Below, in pieces: positions 57,410 through 64,000 of a stretch of 64,000 nt of DNA. The DNA is from Desulfobaccales bacterium. GTDB taxonomy: Bacteria; Desulfobacterota; Desulfobaccia; Desulfobaccales; 0-14-0-80-60-11. The notes under the pieces are model-generated. The model was not told the DNA's origin. It saw only the letters and a program-made list of their open reading frames with translations, and did not search any database. The stretch is taken from the NCBI GenBank assembly GCA_052147455.1, contig JBKQKO010000128.1, positions 7,548 through 71,547 of the forward strand, read 5' to 3'. Numbering within the stretch: the first letter of the stretch is position 1; each line of letters begins with the position of its first letter. Both the position numbers and the translations under genes were made by a program.

Positions 57410-57631
57410 ATGTCAAAACCGGAAGAGATGTGGCAGTGCCAAGTTACCAACTGTGGTTATATCTATGACCCGGCCCACGGAGATAAGAAGGGTAAGATCC
57501 CTCCGGGAACCCGTTTTGAGGACCTCCCTGAAGACTGGAAGTGCCCATGCTGCGGGTCAACCAAGAAAATGTTCCGACCCCTGGCAGGGCCCGGCTCGGT
57601 GGCCGAGCAGGCGAGCCACTGCGACACGTGA
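57410..57631 (+). CDS. rubredoxin-like protein (CX4C first pair, C-terminal extension)
   Basis: [16 protein letters not shown]....[28 protein letters not shown]. Confidence 0.85.
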   Translation: MSKPEEMWQCQVTNCGYIYDPAHGDKKGKIPPGTRFEDLPEDWKCPCCGSTKKMFRPLAGPGSVAEQASHCDT

Positions 57632-57665
57632 CCTCCAAACCAATCAAATTACTAAGGAGTGAGAC

Positions 57666-58040
57666 ATGACTGAGAAATTGCAGGTTTACAAATGTGAAGT
57701 CTGTGGAAACATAGTGTCCATGTTGCATTCTGGAGCAGGCGATCTGGTATGTTGCGGCGCTCCCATGAAACTTATGTTGGAGAACGTGGTGGATGCTGCC
57801 AAGGAAAAGCATGTGCCGGTTATCGAGAAGACCGCCGCGGGCTTTAAAATAAAGGTGGGAAGCGTCGCCCATCCCATGGAGCAGACCCACTACATTGAAT
57901 GGATCGAGGTCATTGCCGACGGCAAAAGCGACCGCCAATTCCTGAGTCCGGGGGAAGCGCCGGAAGCCACTTTTGCCATCAAGGCTGAGAAGGTGGTGGC
58001 GCGGGAATATTGTAATCTGCACGGCCTCTGGAAGGCCTAA
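57666..58040 (+). CDS. dfx: desulfoferrodoxin (2Fe superoxide reductase)
   Basis: Centre I CEVCGNIV...CCG. Centre II H..E..H....H..CNLHGLW. 124 aa. Confidence 0.9.
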   Translation: MTEKLQVYKCEVCGNIVSMLHSGAGDLVCCGAPMKLMLENVVDAAKEKHVPVIEKTAAGFKIKVGSVAHPMEQTHYIEWIEVIADGKSDRQFLSPGEAPEATFAIKAEKVVAREYCNLHGLWKA

Positions 58041-58128
58041 CCATTACGGCCTGGTTAAAGCCGCCATCCTACGCTCAACAAATTAAACACCCTTCGACCC
58101 CGAGGGGCAAATTAATCAGGTAATCATC

Positions 58129-58470
58129 ATGTCAGAGTTGATCAAATGGCGCCCGGACTGGCAGGAGGCCTTGCGCGAGGCGAAAAAAGCCAACCGCCCT
58201 CTTGCTCTGGAATTTTTTATGGAAGGGTGACCTCACTGTGACCGGTTGGTCCGTGAGACCCTCCAAGACCCCGCAGTGGTTCAGGCACTGAACGAGCGCT
58301 TCATCCCGGTGCGCCTGGAAGGACGCAGCCACCTGGATCTGGTGCGCCAATATCAGGTTACCGGGACGCCCACCACCATCCTGTTCTCTCCTGAGGGGGA
58401 GGAGAAGCACCGGTTCGCCGGTTTTTACCCCTCCGAGGAGTACCTCAAGGAACTGGCGAAAGGCGGCTGA
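58129..58470 (+). CDS. thioredoxin-fold protein, candidate selenoprotein (UGA at codon 34 in a U-P-H-C redox motif)
   Basis: MSELIKWRPDWQEALREAKKANRPLALEFFMEG-TGA-PHCDRLVRETLQDPAVVQALNERFIPVRLE...YQVTGTPTTILFSPEGEE. The same frame is kept across the TGA at 58228-58230, and a hairpin follows immediately. Confidence 0.65.
58232..58257 (+). promoter_or_regulatory. SECIS-like stem-loop 1 nt downstream of the in-frame UGA
   Basis: CUCAC-U-G-U-GACC GGUU GGUC-C-GUGAG. The stem has 10 bp with two bulged U and a GGUU apical loop starting 14 nt 3' of the UGA. Confidence 0.55.
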
Positions 58471-58613
58471 AGCACCTGCTGAAAGATTGTGTTACCCTGG
58501 GGCCTAGTCCGGAATCTCCTTTCTGTGTGATGAGTTATGGCTAACCCATCCTAACGGATTCAGGGAGTTTTCGGACTTTTTTTAATCATTTAACCGGACA
58601 ACCCTGTCCAACT

Positions 58614-60548
58614 TTATAATTGTTGTTCCGCCTCATTGGGTTTATTGATTTTTATAGGTAAAATAAAAGAAATCTTGGTTCCTTTGCCCTCTTGACTCCA
58701 TAATTTAAGAGTGCCGTCCAGCATCCGTACCCGTTCTTCCATAGATCCCAGCCCCATTCCACCTGCGGTGGCAGTTCCGGCCAAGACCTGCTCCACATTA
58801 AACCCGGTTCCGTTATCTTTCACGCTAAAATGGATGGTTTCCCCGCACTTTTTGATAGCCATCTCTACCTGGGTAGCCTGGGCATGTTTTCCAATATTAG
58901 TCAGAGTTTCCTGAAAGATTCGATAAATAATGATTTCCGTCTCCCGAGACAATGAGTTGGCGATATCATCCATGTCAATAGAACATTCAATCTCTTGTCC
59001 CTTACAAAATTCCTCAAACAGTCGTATGAGGGTCCCAGAGAGGCCAATATCTTCCAGAATTGAAGGCCTGAGGTCATTGGAAATGCGGCGGATATTATCA
59101 ATGATGCCGTCAAGATAGTTAAGCGCGACGGAACATCCATCCCTGGCGTCCTTAAGCTCAGGTGGCAGGTTCTTCTCAACAGCTCGCATCTGCAACTTTA
59201 AAACCATCAGGGATTGGCCCAAGTCATCATGTAATTCCAGCGAGATCCGCTTGCGCTCCCTTTCTTGGGCGGTTAAGAGCTGGGAAGCCAGGAAGCGGAG
59301 CCTCTGTTCAGCCTCCTTGAGGGCCTCCTCCGCGCGCAGGCGCTCCGTTATTTCCTCCTGCAAGGACTCCACCGTAAACTTTAATTCGGCAGTGCGCTCT
59401 TCCACCAAGCGTTCCAGGTCCGCGTGGGCTCTGTGCAGGGCTTCCTCGGCTCTTACCCGCTGGATAGCCGTGCCTAGTTGCATACCCAGCTTTTCTAGCA
59501 ATTCCACCGTGGCTAGCGGCATGAGGTCTTTCCGGGGATCGGCCGCATGGACCATGCCCAGGATCTGATCCCCAAGACGGATAGGCACCAGGGCCATGGA
59601 TTCGTAGCCGAACTTCCGGCAGTTGCCCCGAAGACCTTCCTGCACTTCCGGTGAAAGCTTGCAGAAAAATTCATCCAGGCGGTTTATGTAGAAAGAGCCG
59701 CCCGGGGTGTAATAGGGAAGTTGGGGATCGGTATCCCCCTTCACGATGTTGATGCACATGCACCGGTCCACCCAGATGGAGAGACGGTTTTCCAGGTCAT
59801 AGAATTGCTGCCTGAAGCCATCGTAGGACTCATAAGGGATCTCCCCATTTTCCTGGAGGATCCTGATCCCCGCCGCCTTATAGCCGGTGAGGTTCTTGAT
59901 TTCCGCCACAAAGGCCTGCAGCAAGGGAGCCATCCTCTTGTGGTAATTGGCAATTTCCAGAAACCGGTAGGAAGCCTGGAGGGCTTTCTCGGCCCACTTG
60001 CGCTTGCTGGTGTCCGAGAAGGCAGTTCTGACAAAACTTCTCCCGGCCGTATCCTGGTAGAAGGCGCTCTCCAGGAGGGTAAAAAACGCCTGCCCGTCTC
60101 TTATCTTCAATCTTAATTCGACGGTCTGCCGTTCCCGCCCCTTAAGCACCAGGTTGAGATGCCGGCGAAACGCCCCTCTATCTTCCGTAACCATGAAATG
60201 GGTCAATTGCCGGTCCATGAGCCGGCTTCTCTCCACCTGCAATAGCCGGGCGGCGGTGAGGTTGGCTTCTCTGATAATTCCGAGTTCATCAAGGGTGAGG
60301 TAGCCGATGGGGGCAAAGTCATAGAGGTCGCTGTAGCGGCTGCGGGATTCTTCCAATATTTCCTGAGCCTGGCGCAGTTCATCGTTCTGCATCTCCAACT
60401 CGATTTGATGCACCCGCAATTCGTGAATCAACTTTTGGGCCTCGGCCGGCGAAATTTCTTCCGGGAAAGGATTTTCCAATTGCAGTCTATCCTCGGCCTT
60501 CCCCCGGAGTTCCTCAGCGTGAGAACGATCCGGTTTTCTCTTCTTCAT
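58614..60548 (-). CDS. PAS/GAF sensor histidine kinase (HisKA_3 / NarX-type)
   Basis: Coiled coil, PAS, GAF, H-box ISLELHDDLGQSL, and HATPase N/G boxes (VKDNGTGF, GGMGLGSMEERV). I prefer ATG 60548 over the TTG at 60632. Confidence 0.85.
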   Translation of the reverse strand: MKKRKPDRSHAEELRGKAEDRLQLENPFPEEISPAEAQKLIHELRVHQIELEMQNDELRQAQEILEESRSRYSDLYDFAPIGYLTLDELGIIREANLTAARLLQVERSRLMDRQLTHFMVTEDRGAFRRHLNLVLKGRERQTVELRLKIRDGQAFFTLLESAFYQDTAGRSFVRTAFSDTSKRKWAEKALQASYRFLEIANYHKRMAPLLQAFVAEIKNLTGYKAAGIRILQENGEIPYESYDGFRQQFYDLENRLSIWVDRCMCINIVKGDTDPQLPYYTPGGSFYINRLDEFFCKLSPEVQEGLRGNCRKFGYESMALVPIRLGDQILGMVHAADPRKDLMPLATVELLEKLGMQLGTAIQRVRAEEALHRAHADLERLVEERTAELKFTVESLQEEITERLRAEEALKEAEQRLRFLASQLLTAQERERKRISLELHDDLGQSLMVLKLQMRAVEKNLPPELKDARDGCSVALNYLDGIIDNIRRISNDLRPSILEDIGLSGTLIRLFEEFCKGQEIECSIDMDDIANSLSRETEIIIYRIFQETLTNIGKHAQATQVEMAIKKCGETIHFSVKDNGTGFNVEQVLAGTATAGGMGLGSMEERVRMLDGTLKLWSQEGKGTKISFILPIKINKPNEAEQQL

Positions 60549-60638
60549 ATCCTTCCCCTTGTACTGATGCACAACTGGCGAAACTCCTAAGGTCCTAGCG
60601 GATGCTGCCTTTTGCCCCCGCGGTAGTTGCAATAATAG

Positions 60639-63545
60639 CTAATGTGGTCTCTTGTCGGTAATATCCTCCATCGCCAAGAGAAGGCGCGCCGGTTGACTCT
60701 CCCCGCCCGGAATCTGGCGGGCGTTGAGTAGCATTGTTTTCCTGCCTAAATCCGGGAATTCAACTTCCACCGCAAAGTCTTCAAATGAGGTATTCTGGGA
60801 GATAATCTCTTCCAGCAGTTCCCGCAGACTGGGAATATTCCATTGGCCTTTTCCCAGGTCGAAGATGTGCCGATTTTCGGTATCTGCCGCCGACATCCTG
60901 AAAAATCGGTAGAAAGACCGGTTGCCAGAGACCACCATCAAGTCGCCAGCGAGCACCAAAAGAGGCTCCCGCACGGTATCCACAATGCTTTCCGCATAGG
61001 TCCTGGCCGCCTGGATGAGGTCTTCCAGCCTTTTGCGTTCGGTAATATCGACGAAGGTAAGCACCACCCCGTCAATCATATTCTCCGAGGTCCGATAAGG
61101 CAAAAAGCGCAGATTATACCATTTGCCATCCACCCCGGCTTTAATCTCCCTTTCCTTGGTTTGCAGGGTGGCCAGCACCGCTTCAGCATCCTGGCAAATA
61201 TGGTCGTACCCGGTTTTTGAGGTGATATCCCGCAGGGATCGGCCGGCGTCGGTGGGAATCAGGTTAAAGAACTGGGTTATGTTGGGAGTGAAACGTCTGA
61301 TGCCTAACTGGCTGTCCAGAAAAATTATGCCGACCTCCGTACTGATAAACAGATTATTGATATCGTCATTAATTTCCGCCATATCATCTATTTTCATCTG
61401 AAGTTCTGAGTTTACCGAGACCAATTCCTCATTAGTGGATTGCAGCTCTTCTCTGCCGGTCTCCAACTCTTCATTGGTGCTTTGTAGCTCCTCGTTAGCC
61501 GACTGGAGTTCTTCATTGGAGGCTCCTAATTCTTCGATGGTAGTCTCCAAATATTCTTTGGTGGCCTGGAGTTCCTGTTCCAGAGTGGTGAGGCGCGCCT
61601 CGGCTTCTGCCGTCTCCGGTGGGGTTTCCCTGTCTGTTTCTTTCGGCCGGGCTGGAGTTTTTTCATCAAAGACTACCAGGAACAGGTTGGCGGGGGCTTC
61701 CGGTGTTTCGAGAAGGGGTTGAATATGCAGATCAACGGTTACCGAGCCATCTTTTTGTTTTAGTTGCACTCCCGGATAACTGACAGTTCTTTTTTCTTTC
61801 ATGGCTTGACGGAGTGCGGTGGTTAATTTATAGCGCAGACCTTCTCGGGCCATTTTTAAAATATTAAAACTCGGCTCTCCTGAAGGTGACGCCAAATATT
61901 GGTCGGTGTTCCCCTGGAAATAGAGAATCTCGTGCCGCTCATTAACGAGAACGGACGGAGGGGCGTACTTATCCAGAATAATTCTTCCCATGATTTCTCG
62001 CACATTCATTTCTCGCGTCACCCTTTTGATGGTTGGTTCGGTCTCCGGGGAAGTCGGCATAAACCCCCGGGCCGGATAGGCAGCCGGTTTCTGCCTGGCC
62101 AACCCCTTGCTTTGGAAAATTTTCCATTTCACGTCGATGGGGGTAAAGAGATCGGCAAATGCCCCGATGGTCTCGGATGAACCTAAAAATAAGTAACCTT
62201 CCGGATTTAAGGTGAAGTGAAACAGGGGCAGGATCTTTTTCTGTATCGTGGCATTCATATAGATGAGCAAATTGCGACAACAGATCAGGTCCAATTTGGT
62301 GAAGGGTGGATCGCTGACCAGGTTTTGGACGGCATAAAGCACCATCTCCCGAATTTTCTTCTTGATCTTATAGTTGCCGTCCTTTTTGACAAAAAAACGT
62401 TGCAGGCGCTCCGGAGAGACGTCGGCAACCACACTCTCCGGGTATTCCCCCAATCGAGCCCGTTCGATGGCGTCGGGATCGATGTCGCTGCCGAAGATTT
62501 GCACGTTAAGATGTTTTCCCAGCCGGTCCATGGCCTCCGCCATGATTATGGCAAGGGAGAGAGATTCTTCTCCGGATGCGCAGCCTGGGACCCAAACCCG
62601 CACGTTCCCATTCCCCCCTTTGCTTTCCAAAATGCGGGGTATTACCTTGTTAACCAAAACCTCAAACGCAGCAGGGTCTCTAAAAAAACTGGTCACCGTG
62701 ATCAGCAGGTCTTTAAAGAGGGCCTTTACTTCCGGCGGGTTCTCTTGAAGATAACGGTGGTATTCAGCAATCCGGGCAACTTTATGGAGGGCCATGCGCC
62801 GTTCTATTCGGCGGCAAATGGTGTTGGCCTTATAATGAGAAAAATCATGGCCGGTGGTGCTCCGAATCAGCATCAGAATTTTTGGCAAAAAGTTTTCACG
62901 TAGTCCTTCTCCGGTTATAGTCTCGGGCCCTTCCAGATAAGGCTGTTTTACATAGTTGATCAGTTCCCCCGGCATCTTTTCCACCGGCAACACCAGGTCC
63001 ACCATCCCGGTGTCAACCGCGCTTCGGGGCATGCCGGGGTATTTGGCCTGTTGTTCCGCTTGAGCCATGGTCAGACCCCCGGCTCCTTTAACTGCTTCCA
63101 ATCCCAAGGTCCCGTCGCTGCCGGTTCCCGAGAGGATTATGCAAATGGCCTTTTCCGCCTTTTCTTCCGCCAGAGAGCGGAAAAAATGATCGATGGGTAA
63201 CCTGATCTTCCGGGTTCTGTCCGGCTCCACCAGTTGAAAAATGCCATTGAAGATGCCGACCTCCTGGTCCGGTGGGTTCAAATAAATACAGTTGGGGACA
63301 ATCCTCATTCCATCTTGCACTTCTACGACCTTCATCGAGGTGTCTTTTTTAAGAATGTCCCCCAAGATACTTTTATGTTGGGGACTTAAATGCTGGATAG
63401 CCACAAAAGCCATACCCACTCCCGTTGGCATGTGGGCAAAGAAGGTTTCCAGGGCCTCCAGACCTCCGGCGGAGGCCCCTATCCCCACTATGGGAAAGGA
63501 CTGCTTACTTCTCGGTTTTCGGTCTTTTGGTTGGATCTGCTTCAT
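60639..63545 (-). CDS. CheB methylesterase - CheR methyltransferase - coiled coil - PAS fusion protein
   Basis: 968 aa. IVGIGASAGG (CheB-like), CheR SAM-binding region VWVPGCASGEE, the ELQSxNEEL heptad coiled coil, and two PAS-like regions. Confidence 0.85.
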   Translation of the reverse strand: MKQIQPKDRKPRSKQSFPIVGIGASAGGLEALETFFAHMPTGVGMAFVAIQHLSPQHKSILGDILKKDTSMKVVEVQDGMRIVPNCIYLNPPDQEVGIFNGIFQLVEPDRTRKIRLPIDHFFRSLAEEKAEKAICIILSGTGSDGTLGLEAVKGAGGLTMAQAEQQAKYPGMPRSAVDTGMVDLVLPVEKMPGELINYVKQPYLEGPETITGEGLRENFLPKILMLIRSTTGHDFSHYKANTICRRIERRMALHKVARIAEYHRYLQENPPEVKALFKDLLITVTSFFRDPAAFEVLVNKVIPRILESKGGNGNVRVWVPGCASGEESLSLAIIMAEAMDRLGKHLNVQIFGSDIDPDAIERARLGEYPESVVADVSPERLQRFFVKKDGNYKIKKKIREMVLYAVQNLVSDPPFTKLDLICCRNLLIYMNATIQKKILPLFHFTLNPEGYLFLGSSETIGAFADLFTPIDVKWKIFQSKGLARQKPAAYPARGFMPTSPETEPTIKRVTREMNVREIMGRIILDKYAPPSVLVNERHEILYFQGNTDQYLASPSGEPSFNILKMAREGLRYKLTTALRQAMKEKRTVSYPGVQLKQKDGSVTVDLHIQPLLETPEAPANLFLVVFDEKTPARPKETDRETPPETAEAEARLTTLEQELQATKEYLETTIEELGASNEELQSANEELQSTNEELETGREELQSTNEELVSVNSELQMKIDDMAEINDDINNLFISTEVGIIFLDSQLGIRRFTPNITQFFNLIPTDAGRSLRDITSKTGYDHICQDAEAVLATLQTKEREIKAGVDGKWYNLRFLPYRTSENMIDGVVLTFVDITERKRLEDLIQAARTYAESIVDTVREPLLVLAGDLMVVSGNRSFYRFFRMSAADTENRHIFDLGKGQWNIPSLRELLEEIISQNTSFEDFAVEVEFPDLGRKTMLLNARQIPGGESQPARLLLAMEDITDKRPH

Positions 63546-63830
63546 TTCTTCTTTCCTGATGAGGGATTTGCAGGTCGCCTGGCGCCAGTCAATGATACTG
63601 CCGTAGTCTCAGCAGGCGGCAGAATACCTTAAGTAAAAATAACCCTTCGGGATCGAAAATAAATTGCTGAGGTCTTGTAAACCATAATGGCAAGCATTTC
63701 CCATAAAAACCGGCTGAATTTTTAAAATTAATCATGCACTGCATTTTTTTCAACCCTCGTGAAACGACAAATTTTAGGCATGGCGGCACGGCAGGAGCAC
63801 GGGCAGGAAGATAATAAAGACGATCCTGCG

Positions 63831-64000
63831 CGGTTGCAGATGGAAGGCCCCGAGTTCCTGCGCCTCGGTCCAGCCCGCGGGCAGGTCGGCAACCATGACC
63901 AGGTCTCCTTAGATCAACGGGCCATCCCGCAGAGTAGGTCCCACCCTGCGGTAGCCCAGGCGGTCCACGGCTGCCAGAAGTTGCGGAAAATCTACTGCGG
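63831..64000 (-). pseudogene. 5' fragment of a second hydB-like gene with an in-frame stop, truncated at about 63831; start lies outside the window
   Basis: About 78% nt identity to 56424-56593. Reads ...[59 protein letters not shown], then homology is lost. Confidence 0.65.

Overview
All calls come from reading the sequence and the ORF track by hand. No searches were run, and gene starts and repeat boundaries are hand-counted.

The window is a GC-rich bacterial chromosome segment. The gene content suggests an anaerobe of the sulfate-reducer or syntroph type (Desulfobacterota-like). That guess rests on CcsBA cytochrome c biogenesis, desulfoferrodoxin plus rubredoxin, a group-3-like NiFe hydrogenase operon and apparent selenocysteine use. 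The taxon cannot be confirmed here.

**1-30.2 kb: housekeeping genes.**
- Genes include ccsBA, ldcA, an aminotransferase, ilvA, pabABC, a NUDIX and a HIT hydrolase, an EF-G paralog, and cobS/T/U/O.
- prfB carries its programmed +1 frameshift.
- The intergenic spacers are full of REP-like palindromes and A-rich 7-nt or 9-nt tandem arrays placed just upstream of start codons.

**30.3-51.2 kb: integrated island.**
- tRNA-His(GUG) at 30251-30327 is followed by a lower-GC island of about 20.9 kb.
- The island is bounded by a 22-bp direct repeat of the tRNA 3' end and has arm-type repeats at both ends.
- It ends in a decayed integrase remnant.
- The island is a mosaic. It carries an enolase-superfamily gene, a Liv-type ABC transporter, an isochorismatase-family hydrolase, a GntR regulator, a Tat-signal aldo/keto reductase, a decayed IS3 element and IS1380 transposase fragments.

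**Most interesting locus.** A 2908-bp IS1595-family passenger-carrying element sits at 32772-35679. It has 23-bp terminal inverted repeats and an 8-bp target duplication, and it cleanly splits an MFS transporter gene. It carries a three-gene operon (a DUF3800-like protein, a 166-aa protein and a 58-aa protein) and a Cys-rich 66-aa ORF. None has a known function. I consider this the best candidate for an undescribed mobile conflict or defence-type module.

**51.4-64 kb.**
- A five-gene NiFe hydrogenase operon has an embedded cyclic-nucleotide-binding protein, followed by its maturation protease. The protease has an in-frame REP-like insertion.
- Next come rubredoxin, desulfoferrodoxin and a thioredoxin-fold gene with an in-frame UGA in the redox motif and a SECIS-like hairpin.
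- The segment ends with a PAS/GAF histidine kinase, a CheB-CheR-PAS fusion and a pseudogene fragment of a second hydB-like gene.
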